NCBI GenBank assembly: GCA_964016885.1
Contig: OZ024740.1
Span: 39,804,001-39,868,000, forward strand
Direction: 5' to 3'
Source of the DNA: Eledone cirrhosa
Lineage: Eukaryota
Length of the DNA stretch: 64,000 bases
Below, in pieces: positions 1-18,000 of the stretch (position 1 is the first letter of the stretch; every line of letters starts with the position of its first letter). The notes below the pieces were generated by a model. That model worked only from the letters and a program-made list of their open reading frames with translations, did not search any database and was not told where the DNA came from. The position numbers and the translations under genes were made by a program.

Positions 1-3000
1 TATTGAGTTAACATACAACTGTGTACACCACACTCAATATTGAGTTAACATAAAACTGTGTACACCACACTACATATTGAGTTAACATACAACTGTGTAC
101 ACCACACTCAATATTGAGTTAACATACAACTGTGTACAGCACACTCAATATTGAGTTAACATACAACTGTGTACACCACACTCAATATTGAGTTAACATA
201 CAACTGTGTACACCACACTCAATATTGAGTTAACATACAACTGTGTACACCACACTGAATATTGAGTTAACATACAACTGTGTACAACACACTACATATT
301 GAGTTAACATACAACTGTGTACACCACACTACATATTGAGTTAACATACAACTGTATACACCACACTCAATATTGAGTTAACATACAACTGTGTACAACA
401 CACTGAATATTGAGTTAACATACAACTGGGTACAACACACTGAATATTGAATTAACATACAACTGTGTACACCACACTGAATATTGAGTTAACATACAAC
501 TGTGTACACCACACTGAATATTGAGTTGACATACAACTGTGTACACCACACTCAATATTGAGTTAACATACAACTGTGTACACCACACTGAATATTGAGT
601 TAACATACAACTGTGTACCCCACACTGAATATTGAGTTAACATACAACTGTTTACACCACACTCAATATTGAGTTAACATACAACTGTGTACACCACACT
701 CAATATTGAGTTAACATACAACTGTGTACACCACACTCAATATTGAGTTAACATACAACTGTGTACACCACACTCAATATTGAGTTAACATACAACTGTG
801 TAGACCACACTGAATATTGAGTGAACATACAACTGTGTACACCACACTCAATATTGAGTTAACATACAACTGTGTACACCACACTCAATATTGAGTTAAC
901 ATACAACTGTGTACACCACACTCAATATTGAGTTAACATACAACTGTGTACAACATACTCAATATTGAGTTAACATACAACTGTGTACACCACACTCAAT
1001 ATTGAGTTAACATAAAACTGTGTACACCACACTCAATATTGAGTTAACATACAACCGTGTACACCACACTCAATATTGAGTTAACATACAACTGTGTACC
1101 CCACACTCAATATTGAGTTAACATACAACTGTCTGCACCACACTCAATATTGAGTTAACATACAACTGTGTACACCACACTCAATATTGAGTTAACATAC
1201 AACTGTGTACATCACACTGAATATTGACTTAATATACAACTGTGTTCACCACACTCAATATTGAGTTAACATACAACTGTGTACACCACACTCAATATTG
1301 AGTTAACATACAACTGTGTACACCACACTCAATATTGAGTTAACATACAACTGTGTACCCCACACTGAATATTGAGTAACATAAAACTGTGTACACCACA
1401 CTCAATATTGAGTTAACATACAACTGTGGACACCACACTCAATATTGAGATAACATTCAACTGTGTACACCACACTCAATATTGAGTTAACATACAACTG
1501 TCTGCACCACACTCAATATTGAGTTAACATACAACTGTGTACACCACACTCAATATTGAGTTAACATACAACTGTGTACACCACATTCAATATTGAGTTA
1601 ACATACAACTGTGTACCCCACACTCAATATTGAGTTAACATACAACTGTGTACCCCACACTGAATATTGAGTTAACATACAACTGTGTACACCACACTGA
1701 ATATTGAGTTAACATACAACTGTGTACACTACACTGAATATTGAGTTAACATACAACTGTGTACACCACACTGAATATTGAGTTAACATACAACTGTGTA
1801 CACCACACTCAATATTGAGTTAACAAACAACTGTGTACACCACACTCAATATTAAGTTAACATACAACTGGGTACAACACACTGAATATTGAGTTAACAT
1901 ACAACTGTGTACACCACACTGAATATTGAGTTAACATACAACTGTGTACACCACACTCAATGTTGAGTTAACACACAACTGTGTACACCACACTCAATAT
2001 TGAGTTAACATACAACTGTGTACACCACACTCAATATTGAGTTAACACACAACTGTGTACACCACACTGAATATTGAGTTAACATACAACTGTGTACACC
2101 ACACTCAATATTGAGTTAACATACAACTGTGTAGACCACACTGAATATTGAGTGAACATACAACTGTGTACACCACACTCAATATTGAGTTAACATACAA
2201 CTGTGTACACCACACTCAATATTGAGTTAACATACAACTGTGTACACCACACTCAATATTGAGTTAACATACAACTGTGTACACCACACTCAATATTGAG
2301 TTAACATACAACTGTGTACACCACACTCAATATTGAGTTAACATACAACTGTGTACACCACACTCAATATTGAGTTAACATACAACTGTGTACACCACAC
2401 TCAATATTGAGTTAACATACAACTGTGTACCCCACACTCAATATTGAGTTAACATACAACTGTGTACACCACACTCAATATTGAGTTAACATACAACTGT
2501 GTACACCACACTCAATATTGAGTTAACATAAAACTGTGTACACCACACTACATATTGAGTTAACATACAACTGTGTAGACCACACTGAATATTGAGTGAA
2601 CATACAACTGTGTACACCACACTCAATATTGAGTTAACATACAACTGTGTACACCACACTCAATATTGAGTTAACATACAACTGTGTACACCACACTCAA
2701 TATTGAGTTAACATACAACTGTGTACAACATACTCAATATTGAGTTAACATACAACTGTGTACACCACACTCAATATTGAGTTAACATAAAACTGTGTAC
2801 ACCACACTCAATATTGAGTTAACATACAACCGTGTACACCACACTCAATATTGAGTTAACATACAACTGTGTACCCCACACTCAATATTGAGTTAACATA
2901 CAACTGTCTGCACCACACTCAATATTGAGTTAACATACAACTGTGTACACCACACTCAATATTGAGTTAACATACAACTGTGTACATCACACTGAATATT

Positions 3001-6000
3001 GACTTAATATACAACTGTGTTCACCACACTCAATATTGAGTTAACATACAACTGTGTACACCACACTCAATATTGAGTTAACATACAACTGTGTACACCA
3101 CACTCAATATTGAGTTAACATACAACTGTGTACCCCACACTGAATATTGAGTAACATAAAACTGTGTACACCACACTCAATATTGAGTTAACATACAACT
3201 GTGGACACCACACTCAATATTGAGATAACATTCAACTGTGTACACCACACTCAATATTGAGTTAACATACAACTGTCTGCACCACACTCAATATTGAGTT
3301 AACATACAACTGTGTACACCACACTCAATATTGAGTTAACATACAACTGTGTACACCACATTCAATATTGAGTTAACATACAACTGTGTACCCCACACTC
3401 AATATTGAGTTAACATACAACTGTGTACCCCACACTGAATATTGAGTTAACATACAACTGTGTACACCACACTGAATATTGAGTTAACATACAACTGTGT
3501 ACACTACACTGAATATTGAGTTAACATACAACTGTGTACACCACACTGAATATTGAGTTAACATACAACTGTGTACACCACACTCAATATTGAGTTAACA
3601 TACAACTGTGTACACCACACTCAATATTAAGTTAACATACAACTGGGTACAACACACTGAATATTGAGTTAACATACAACTGTGTACACCACACTGAATA
3701 TTGAGTTAACATACAACTGTGTACACCACACTCAATGTTGAGTTAACACACAACTGTGTACACCACACTCAATATTGAGTTAACATACAACTGTGTACAC
3801 CACACTCAATGTTGAGTTAACACACAACTGTGTACACCACACTGAATATTGAGTTAACATACAACTGTGTACACCACACTCAATATTGAGTTAACATACA
3901 ACTGTGTAGACCACACTGAATATTGAGTGAACATACAACTGTGTACACCACACTCAATATTGAGTTAACATACAACTGTGTACACCACACTCAATATTGA
4001 GTTAACATACAACTGTGTACACCACACTCAATATTGAGTTAACATACAACTGTGTACACCACACTCAATATTGAGTTAACATACAACTGTGTACACCACA
4101 CTCAATATTGAGTTAACATACAACTGTGTACACCACACTCAATATTGAGTTAACATACTACTGTGTACACCACACTCAATATTGAGTTAACATACAACTG
4201 TGTACCCCACACTCAATATTGAGTTAACATACAACTGTGTACACCACACTCAATATTGAGTTAACATACAACTGTGTACACCACACTCAATATTGAGTTA
4301 ACATAAAACTGTGTACACCACACTACATATTGAGTTAACATACAACTGTGTACACCACACTCAATATTGAGTTAACATACAACTGTGTACACCACACTCA
4401 ATATTGAGTTAACATACAACTGTGTACACCACACTCAATATTGAGTTAACATACAACTGGGTACACCACACTCAATATTGATTTAACATACAACTGTGTA
4501 CACCACACTCAATATTGAGTTAACATACAACTGTGTACACCACACTCAATATTGAGTTAACATACAACTGTGTACACCACACTCAATATTGAGTTAACAT
4601 ACAACTGTGTACACCACACACAATATTGAGTTAACATACAACTGTGTACACCACACTCAATATTGAGTTAACATACAACTGGGTACACCACACTCAATAT
4701 TGATTTAACATACAACTGTGTACACCACACTCAATATTGAGTTAACATACAACTGTGTACACCACACTCAATATTGAGTTAACATACAACTGTGTACACC
4801 ACACTCAATATTGAGTTAACATACAACTGTGTACACCACACTCAATATTGAGTTAACATACAACTGTGTACACCACACTCAATATTGAGTTAACATACAA
4901 CTGGGTACACCACACTCAATATTGATTTAACATACAACTGTGTACACCACACTCAATATTGAGTTAACATACAACTGTGTACACCACACTCAATATTGAG
5001 TTAACATACAACTGTGTACACCACACTCAATATTGAGTTAACATACAACTGTGTACACCACACTCAATATTGAGTTAACATACAACTGTGTACACCACAC
5101 TCAATATTGAGTTAACATACAACTGTGTACACCACACTGAATATTGAGTTAACATACAACTGTGTACACCACACTCAATATTGAGTTAACATACAACTGT
5201 GTACACCACACTGAATATTGAGTTAACATACAACTGTGTACACCACACTCAATATTGAGTTAACATACAACTGTGTACACCACACTGAATATTGAGTTAA
5301 CATACAACTGTGTACACCACACTCAATATTGAGTTAACATACAACTGTGTACACCACACTCAATATTGAGTTAACATACAACTGTGTACACCACACTCAA
5401 TATTGAGTTAACATACAACTGTGTACACCACACTCAATATTGAGTTAACATACAACTGTGTACACCACACTCAATATTGAGTTAACATACAACTGTGTAC
5501 ACCACACTCAATATTGAGTTAACATACAACTGAGTACACCACACTCAATATTGAGTTAACATACAACTGTGTACACCACACTCAATATTGAGTTAACATA
5601 CAACTGTGTACACCACACTCAATATTGAGTTAACATACAACTGTGTACACCACACTCAATATTGAGTTAACATACAACTGTGTACACCACACTCAATATT
5701 GAGTTAACATACAACTGTGTATCCCACACTGAATATTGAGTTAACATACAACTGTGTACACCACACTCAATATTGAGTTAACATACAACTGTGTACACCA
5801 CACTCAATATTGAGTTAACATACAACTGTGTACACCACACTCAATATTGAGTTAACATACAACTGTGTACCCCACACTCAATATTGAGTTAACATACAAC
5901 TGTCTGCACCACACTCAATATTGAGTTAACATACAACTGTGTACACCACACTCAATATTGAGTTAACATACAACTGTGTACATCACACTGAATATTGACT

Positions 6001-9000
6001 TAATATACAACTGTGTTTACCACACTCAATATTGAGTTAACATACAACTGTGTACACCACACTCAATATTGAGTTAACATACAACTGTGTACACCACACT
6101 CAATATTGAGTTAACATACAACTGTGTACCCCACACTGAATATTGAGTAACATAAAACTGTGTACACCACACTCAATATTGAGTTAACATACAACTGTGG
6201 ACACCACACTCAATATTGAGATAACATTCAACTGTGTACACCACACTCAATATTGAGTTAACATACAACTGTCTGCACCACACTCAATATTGAGTTAACA
6301 TACAACTGTGTACACCACACTCAATATTGAGTTAACATACAACTGTGTACACCACATTCAATATTGAGTTAACATACAACTGTGTACCCCACACTCAATA
6401 TTGAGTTAACATACAACTGTGTACCCCACACTGAATATTGAGTTAACATACAACTGTGTACACCACACTGAATATTGAGTTAACATACAACTGTGTACAC
6501 TACACTGAATATTGAGTTAACATACAACTGTGTACACCACACTGAATATTGAGTTAACATACAACTGTGTACACCACACTCAATATTGAGTTAACATACA
6601 ACTGTGTACACCACACTCAATATTAAGTTAACATACAACTGGGTACAACACACTGAATATTGAGTTAACATACAACTGTGTACACCACACTGAATATTGA
6701 GTTAACATACAACTGTGTACACCACACTCAATGTTGAGTTAACACACAACTGTGTACACCACACTCAATATTGAGTTAACATACAACTGTGTACACCACA
6801 CTCAATGTTGAGTTAACACACAACTGTGTACACCACACTGAATATTGAGTTAACATACAACTGTGTACACCACACTCAATATTGAGTTAACATACAACTG
6901 TGTAGACCACACTGAATATTGAGTGAACATACAACTGTGTACACCACACTCAATATTGAGTTAACATACAACTGTGTACACCACACTCAATATTGAGTTA
7001 ACATACAACTGTGTACACCACACTCAATATTGAGTTAACATACAACTGTGTACACCACACTCAATATTGAGTTAACATACAACTGTGTACACCACACTCA
7101 ATATTGAGTTAACATACAACTGTGTACACCACACTCAATATTGAGTTAACATACTACTGTGTACACCACACTCAATATTGAGTTAACATACAACTGTGTA
7201 CCCCACACTCAATATTGAGTTAACATACAACTGTGTACACCACACTCAATATTGAGTTAACATACAACTGTGTACACCACACTCAATATTGAGTTAACAT
7301 AAAACTGTGTACACCACACTACATATTGAGTTAACATACAACTGTGTACACCACACTCAATATTGAGTTAACATACAACTGTGTACAGCACACTCAATAT
7401 TGAGTTAACATACAACTGTGTACACCACACTCAATATTGAGTTAACATACAACTGTGTACACCACACTCAATATTGAGTTAACATACAACTGTGTACACC
7501 ACACTGAATATTGAGTTAACATACAACTGTGTACAACACACTACATATTGAGTTAACATACAACTGTGTACACCACACTACATATTGAGTTAACATACAA
7601 CTGTATACACCACACTCAATATTGAGTTAACATACAACTGTGTACACCACACTGAATATTGAGTTAACATACAACTGTGTACACCACACTCAATATTGAG
7701 TTAACATACAACTGTGTACACCACACTGAATATTGAGTTAACATACAACTGTGTACACCACACTCAATATTGAGTTAACATACAACTGTGTACACCACAC
7801 TGAATATTGAGTTAACATACAACTGTGTACACCACACTCAATATTGAGTTAACATACAACTGTGTACACCACACTCAATATTGAGTTAACATACAACTGT
7901 GTACACCACACTCAATATTGAGTTAACATACAACTGTGTACACCACACTCAATATTGAGTTAACATACAACTGTGTACACCACACTCAATATTGAGTTAA
8001 CATACAACTGTGTACACCACACTCAATATTGAGTTAACATACAACTGAGTACACCACACTCAATATTGAGTTAACATACAACTGTGTACACCACACTCAA
8101 TATTGAGTTAACATACAACTGTGTACACCACACTCAATATTGAGTTAACATACAACTGTGTACACCACACTCAATATTGAGTTAACATACAACTGTGTAC
8201 ACCACACTCAATATTGAGTTAACATACAACTGTGTATCCCACACTGAATATTGAGTTAACATACAACTGTGTACACCACACTCAATATTGAGTTAACATA
8301 CAACTGTGTACACCACACTCAATATTGAGTTAACATACAACTGTGTACACCACACTCAATATTGAGTTAACATACAACTGTGTACCCCACACTCAATATT
8401 GAGTTAACATACAACTGTCTGCACCACACTCAATATTGAGTTAACATACAACTGTGTACACCACACTCAATATTGAGTTAACATACAACTGTGTACATCA
8501 CACTGAATATTGACTTAATATACAACTGTGTTCACCACACTCAATATTGAGTTAACATACAACTGTGTACACCACACTCAATATTGAGTTAACATACAAC
8601 TGTGTACACCACACTCAATATTGAGTTAACATACAACTGTGTACCCCACACTGAATATTGAGTAACATAAAACTGTGTACACCACACTCAATATTGAGTT
8701 AACATACAACTGTGGACACCACACTCAATATTGAGATAACATTCAACTGTGTACACCACACTCAATATTGAGTTAACATACAACTGTCTGCACCACACTC
8801 AATATTGAGTTAACATACAACTGTGTACACCACACTCAATATTGAGTTAACATACAACTGTGTACACCACATTCAATATTGAGTTAACATACAACTGTGT
8901 ACCCCACACTCAATATTGAGTTAACATACAACTGTGTACCCCACACTGAATATTGAGTTAACATACAACTGTGTACACCACACTGAATATTGAGTTAACA

Positions 9001-12000
9001 TACAACTGTGTACACTACACTGAATATTGAGTTAACATACAACTGTGTACACCACACTGAATATTGAGTTAACATACAACTGTGTACACCACACTCAATA
9101 TTGAGTTAACATACAACTGTGTACACCACACTCAATATTAAGTTAACATACAACTGGGTACAACACACTGAATATTGAGTTAACATACAACTGTGTACAC
9201 CACACTGAATATTGAGTTAACATACAACTGTGTACACCACACTCAATGTTGAGTTAACACACAACTGTGTACACCACACTCAATATTGAGTTAACATACA
9301 ACTGTGTACACCACACTCAATGTTGAGTTAACACACAACTGTGTACACCACACTGAATATTGAGTTAACATACAACTGTGTACACCACACTCAATATTGA
9401 GTTAACATACAACTGTGTAGACCACACTGAATATTGAGTGAACATACAACTGTGTACACCACACTCAATATTGAGTTAACATACAACTGTGTACACCACA
9501 CTCAATATTGAGTTAACATACAACTGTGTACACCACACTCAATATTGAGTTAACATACAACTGTGTACACCACACTCAATATTGAGTTAACATACAACTG
9601 TGTACACCACACTCAATATTGAGTTAACATACAACTGTGTACACCACACTCAATATTGAGTTAACATACTACTGTGTACACCACACTCAATATTGAGTTA
9701 ACATACAACTGTGTACCCCACACTCAATATTGAGTTAACATACAACTGTGTACACCACACTCAATATTGAGTTAACATACAACTGTGTACACCACACTCA
9801 ATATTGAGTTAACATAAAACTGTGTACACCACACTACATATTGAGTTAACATACAACTGTGTACACCACACTCAATATTGAGTTAACATACAACTGTGTA
9901 CAGCACACTCAATATTGAGTTAACATACAACTGTGTACACCACACTCAATATTGAGTTAACATACAACTGTGTACACCACACTCAATATTGAGTTAACAT
10001 ACAACTGTGTACACCACACTGAATATTGAGTTAACATACAACTGTGTACAACACACTACATATTGAGTTAACATACAACTGTGTACACCACACTACATAT
10101 TGAGTTAACATACAACTGTATACACCACACTCAATATTGAGTTAACATACAACTGTGTACAACACACTGAATATTGAGTTAACATACAACTGGGTACAAC
10201 ACACTGAATATTGAATTAACATACAACTGTGTACACCACACTGAATATTGAGTTAACATACAACTGTGTACACCACACTGAATATTGAGTTGACATACAA
10301 CTGTGTACACCACACTCAATATTGAGTTAACATACAACTGTGTACACCACACTGAATATTGAGTTAACATACAACTGTGTACCCCACACTGAATATTGAG
10401 TTAACATACAACTGTTTACACCACACTCAATATTGAGTTAACATACAACTGTGTACACCACACTCAATATTGAGTTAACATACAACTGTGTACACCACAC
10501 TCAATATTGAGTTAACATACAACTGTGTACACCACACTCAATATTGAGTTAACATACAACTGTGTAGACCACACTGAATATTGAGTGAACATACAACTGT
10601 GTACACCACACTCAATATTGAGTTAACATACAACTGTGTACACCACACTCAATATTGAGTTAACATACAACTGTGTACACCACACTCAATATTGAGTTAA
10701 CATACAACTGTGTACAACATACTCAATATTGAGTTAACATACAACTGTGTACACCACACTCAATATTGAGTTAACATAAAACTGTGTACACCACACTCAA
10801 TATTGAGTTAACATACAACCGTGTACACCACACTCAATATTGAGTTAACATACAACTGTGTACCCCACACTCAATATTGAGTTAACATACAACTGTCTGC
10901 ACCACACTCAATATTGAGTTAACATACAACTGTGTACACCACACTCAATATTGAGTTAACATACAACTGTGTACATCACACTGAATATTGACTTAATATA
11001 CAACTGTGTTCACCACACTCAATATTGAGTTAACATACAACTGTGTACACCACACTCAATATTGAGTTAACATACAACTGTGTACACCACACTCAATATT
11101 GAGTTAACATACAACTGTGTACCCCACACTGAATATTGAGTAACATAAAACTGTGTACACCACACTCAATATTGAGTTAACATACAACTGTGGACACCAC
11201 ACTCAATATTGAGATAACATTCAACTGTGTACACCACACTCAATATTGAGTTAACATACAACTGTCTGCACCACACTCAATATTGAGTTAACATACAACT
11301 GTGTACACCACACTCAATATTGAGTTAACATACAACTGTGTACACCACATTCAATATTGAGTTAACATACAACTGTGTACCCCACACTCAATATTGAGTT
11401 AACATACAACTGTGTACCCCACACTGAATATTGAGTTAACATACAACTGTGTACACCACACTGAATATTGAGTTAACATACAACTGTGTACACTACACTG
11501 AATATTGAGTTAACATACAACTGTGTACACCACACTGAATATTGAGTTAACATACAACTGTGTACACCACACTCAATATTGAGTTAACAAACAACTGTGT
11601 ACACCACACTCAATATTAAGTTAACATACAACTGGGTACAACACACTGAATATTGAGTTAACATACAACTGTGTACACCACACTGAATATTGAGTTAACA
11701 TACAACTGTGTACACCACACTCAATGTTGAGTTAACACACAACTGTGTACACCACACTCAATATTGAGTTAACATACAACTGTGTACACCACACTCAATG
11801 TTGAGTTAACACACAACTGTGTACACCACACTGAATATTGAGTTAACATACAACTGTGTACACCACACTCAATATTGAGTTAACATACAACTGTGTAGAC
11901 CACACTGAATATTGAGTGAACATACAACTGTGTACACCACACTCAATATTGAGTTAACATACAACTGTGTACACCACACTCAATATTGAGTTAACATACA

Positions 12001-15000
12001 ACTGTGTACACCACACTCAATATTGAGTTAACATACAACTGTGTACACCACACTCAATATTGAGTTAACATACAACTGTGTACACCACACTCAATATTGA
12101 GTTAACATACAACTGTGTACACCACACTCAATATTGAGTTAACATACAACTGTGTACACCACACTCAATATTGAGTTAACATACAACTGTGTACCCCACA
12201 CTCAATATTGAGTTAACATACAACTGTGTACACCACACTCAATATTGAGTTAACATACAACTGTGTACACCACACTCAATATTGAGTTAACATAAAACTG
12301 TGTACACCACACTACATATTGAGTTAACATACAACTGTGTACACCACACTCAATATTGAGTTAACATACAACTGTGTACAGCACACTCAATATTGAGTTA
12401 ACATACAACTGTGTACACCACACTCAATATTGAGTTAACATACAACTGTGTACACCACACTCAATATTGAGTTAACATACAACTGTGTACACCACACTGA
12501 ATATTGAGTTAACATACAACTGTGTACAACGCACTACATATTGAGTTAACATACAACTGTGTACACCACACTACATATTGAGTTAACATACAACTGTATA
12601 CACCACACTCAATATTGAGTTAACATACAACTGTGTACAACACACTGAATATTGAGTTAACATACAACTGGGTACAACACACTGAATATTGAGTTAACAT
12701 ACAACTGTGTACACCACACTGAATATTGAGTTAACATACAACTGTGTACACCACACTGAATATTGAGTTGGCATACAACTGTGTACACCACACTCAATAT
12801 TGAGTTAACATACAACTGTGTACCCCACACTGAATATTGAGTTAACACACAACTGTGTACACCACATTGAATATTGAGTTAACATACAACTGTATACACC
12901 ACACTCAATATTGAGTTAACATACAACTGTGTACACCACACTGAATATTGAGTTAACATACAACTGTGTACACCACACTCAATATTGAGTTAACATACAA
13001 CTGTGTACACCACACTCAATATTGAGTTAACATACAACTGTGTACACCACACTCAATATTGAGTTAACATACAACTGTGTACACCACACTCAATATTGAG
13101 TTAACATACAACTGTGTGCACCACACTGAATATTGAGTGAACATACAACTGTGTACACCACACTCAATATTGAGTTAACATACAACTGTGTACACCACAC
13201 TCAATATTGAGTTAACATACAACTGTGTACACCACACTGAATATTGAGTTAACATACAACTGTGTACACCACACTCAATATTGAGTTAACATACAACTGT
13301 GTACACCACACTCAATATTGAGTTAACATACAACTGTGTACACCACACTCAATATTGAGTTAACATACAACTGTGTACACCACACTGAATATTGAGTTAA
13401 CATACAACTGTGTACACCACACTCAATATTGAGTTAACATACAACTGTGTACACCACACTCAATATTGAGTTAACATACAACTGTGTACACCACACTCAA
13501 TATTGAGTTAACATACAACTGTGTACAACATATTCAATATTGAGTTAACATACAACTGTGTACACCACACTCAATATTGAGTTAACATACAACTGTGTAC
13601 ACCACACTCAATATTGAGTTAACATACAACCGTGTACACCACACTCAATATTGAGTTAACATACAACTGTGTACACCACACTCAATATTGAGTTAACATA
13701 CAACTGTGTACACCACACTCAATATTGAGTTAACATACAACTGTGTACAACATATTCAATATTGAGTTAACATACAACTGTGTACACCACACTCAATATT
13801 GAGTTAACATACAACTGTGTACACCACACTCAATATTGAGTTAACATACAACTGTGTACACCACACTCAATATTGAGTTAACATACAACTGTGTACAACA
13901 TATTCAATATTGAGTTAACATACAACTGTGTACACCACACTCAATATTGAGTTAACATACAACTGTGTACACCACACTCAATATTGAGTTAACATACAAC
14001 TGTGTACACCACACTCAATATTGAGTTAACATACAACTGTGTACACCACACTCAATATTGAGTTAACATACAACTGTGTACACCACACTCAATATTGAGT
14101 TAACATACAACCGTGTACACCACACTCAATATTGAGTTAACATACAACTGTGTACACCACACTCAATATTGAGTTAACATACAACCGTGTACACCACACT
14201 CAATATTGAGTTAACATACAACTGTGTACACCACATTGAATATTGAGTTAACATACAACTGTGTACCCCACACTCAATATTAAGTTAACATACAACTGGG
14301 TACACCACACTGAATATTGAGTTAACATACAACTGTGTACACCACACTCAATATTGAGTTAACATACAACTGTGTACACCACACTCAATATTACGTTAAC
14401 ATACAACTGGGTACAACACACTGAATATTGAGTTAACATACAACTGTGTACACCACACTGAATATTGAGTTAACATACAACTGTGTACACCACACTCAAT
14501 ATTGAGTTAACATACAACTGTGTACACCACACTCAATATTGAGTTAACATACAACTGTGTACACCACACTCAATATTGAGTTAACATACAACCGTGTACA
14601 CCACACTCAATATTGAGTTAACATACAACCGTGTACACCACACTCAATATTGAGTTAACACACAACTGTGTACACCACACTGAATATTGAGTTAACATAC
14701 GACTGTGTACACCACACTCAATATTGAGTTAACATACAACTGTGTACACCACACTCAATATTGAGTTAACATACAACTGTGTACACCACATTCAATATTG
14801 AGTTAACATACAACTGTGTACCCCACACTGAATATTGAGTTAACATACAACTGTGTACACCACACTCAATATTGAGTTAACATACAACTGTGTACACCAC
14901 ACTCAATATTAGGTTAACATACAACTGTGTACCCCACACTCAATATTGAGTTAATATACAACTGTGTACACCACACTCAATATTGAGTTAAAATACAACT

Positions 15001-18000
15001 GTGTACACCACACTCAATATTGAGTTAACATACAACTGTGTACACCACACTCAATATTGAGTTAACATACAACTGTGTACCCCACACTCAATATTGAGTT
15101 AACATACAACTGTGTACACCACACTCAATATAGAGTTAACATACAACTGTTTACCCCACACTCAATATTGAGTTAACATACAACTGTGTACACCACACTC
15201 AATATTGAGTGAACATACAACTGTGTACCCCACACTGAATATTGAGTTAACATACAACTGTGTACACCACACTCAATATTGAGTTAACATACAACTGTGT
15301 AGACCACACTGAATATTGAGTGAACATACAACTGTGTACACCACACTCAATATTGAGTTAACATACAACTGTGTACACCACACTCAATATTGAGTTAACA
15401 TACAACTGTGTACACCACACTCAATATTGAGTTAACATACAACTGTGTACACCACACTCAATATTGAGTTAACATACAACTGTGTACACCACACTCAATA
15501 TTGAGTTAACATACAACTGTGTACACCACACTCAATATTGAGTTAACATACAACTGTGTACACCACACTCAATATTGAGTTAACATACAACTGTGTACCC
15601 CACACTCAATATTGAGTTAACATACAACTGTGTACACCACACTCAATATTGAGTTAACATACAACTGTGTACACCACACTCAATATTGAGTTAACATAAA
15701 ACTGTGTACACCACACTACATATTGAGTTAACATACAACTGTGTACACCACACTCAATATTGAGTTAACATACAACTGTGTACAGCACACTCAATATTGA
15801 GTTAACATACAACTGTGTACACCACACTCAATATTGAGTTAACATACAACTGTGTACACCACACTCAATATTGAGTTAACATACAACTGTGTACACCACA
15901 CTGAATATTGAGTTAACATACAACTGTGTACAACACACTACATATTGAGTTAACATACAACTGTGTACACCACACTACATATTGAGTTAACATACAACTG
16001 TATACACCACACTCAATATTGAGTTAACATACAACTGTGTACAACACACTGAATATTGAGTTAACATACAACTGGGTACAACACACTGAATATTGAGTTA
16101 ACATACAACTGTGTACACCACACTGAATATTGAGTTAACATACAACTGTGTACACCACACTGAATATTGAGTTGACATACAACTGTGTACACCACACTCA
16201 ATATTGAGTTAACATACAACTGTGTACCCCACACTGAATATTGAGTTAACACACAACTGTGTACACCACATTGAATATTGAGTTAACATACAACTGTGTA
16301 CACCACACTCAATATTGAGTTAACATACAACTGTGTACACCACACTGAATATTGAGTTAACATACAACTGTGTACACCACACTCAATATTGAGTTAACAT
16401 ACAACTGTGTACACCACACTCAATATTGAGTTAACATACAACTGTGTACACCACACTCAATATTGAGTTAACATACAACTGTGTACACCACACTCAATAT
16501 TGAGTTAACATACAACTGTGTGCACCACACTGAATATTGAGTGAACATACAACTGTGTACACCACACTCAATATTGAGTTAACATACAACTGTGTACACC
16601 ACACTCAATATTGAGTTAACATACAACTGTGTACACCACACTGAATATTAAGTTAACATACAACTGTGTACACCACACTCAATATTGAGTTAACATACAA
16701 CTGTGTACACCACACTCAATATTGAGTTAACATACAACTGTGTACACCACACTCAATATTGAGTTAACATACAACTGTGTACACCACACTGAATATTGAG
16801 TTAACATACAACTGTGTACACCACACTCAATATTGAGTTAACATACAACTGTGTACACCACACTCAATATTGAGTTAACATACAACTGTGTACACCACAC
16901 TCAATATTGAGTTAACATACAACTGTGTACAACATATTCAATATTGAGTTAACATACAACTGTGTACACCACACTCAATATTGAGTTAACATACAACTGT
17001 GTACACCACACTCAATATTGAGTTAACATACAACCGTGTACACCACACTCAATATTGAGTTAACATACAACTGTGTACACCACACTCAATATTGAGTTAA
17101 CATACAACTGTGTACACCACACTCAATATTGAGTTAACATACAACTGTGTACAACATATTCAATATTGAGTTAACATACAACTGTGTACACCACACTCAA
17201 TATTGAGTTAACATACAACTGTGTACACCACACTCAATATTGAGTTAACATACAACTGTGTACACCACACTCAATATTGAGTTAACATACAACTGTGTAC
17301 AACATATTCAATATTGAGTTAACATACAACTGTGTACACCACACTCAATATTGAGTTAACATACAACTGTGTACACCACACTCAATATTGAGTTAACATA
17401 CAACTGTGTACACCACACTCAACATTGAGTTAACATACAACTGTGTACACCACACTCAATATTGAGTTAACATACAACTGTGTACACCACACTCAATATT
17501 GAGTTAACATACAACCGTGTACACCACACTCAATATTGAGTTAACATACAACTGTGTACACCACACTCAATATTGAGTTAACATACAACCGTGTACACCA
17601 CACTCAATATTGAGTTAACATACAACTGTGTACACCACATTGAATATTGAGTTAACATACAACTGTGTACCCCACACTCAATATTAAGTTAACATACAAC
17701 TGGGTACACCACACTGAATATTGAGTTAACATACAACTGTGTACACCACACTCAATATTGAGTTAACATACAACTGTGTACACCACACTCAATATTACGT
17801 TAACATACAACTGGGTACAACACACTGAATATTGAGTTAACATACAACTGTGTACACCACACTGAATATTGAGTTAACATACAACTGTGTACACCACACT
17901 CAATATTGAGTTAACATACAACTGTGTACACCACACTCAATATTGAGTTAACATACAACTGTGTACACCACACTCAATATTGAGTTAACATACAACCGTG

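Noticed and set aside
415-16252. Four 63-aa minus-strand ORFs (415, 10179, 12657, 16061)
   Set aside because: Chance read-through of satellite units where CTGAAT variants remove a stop; their recurrence reflects array duplication.
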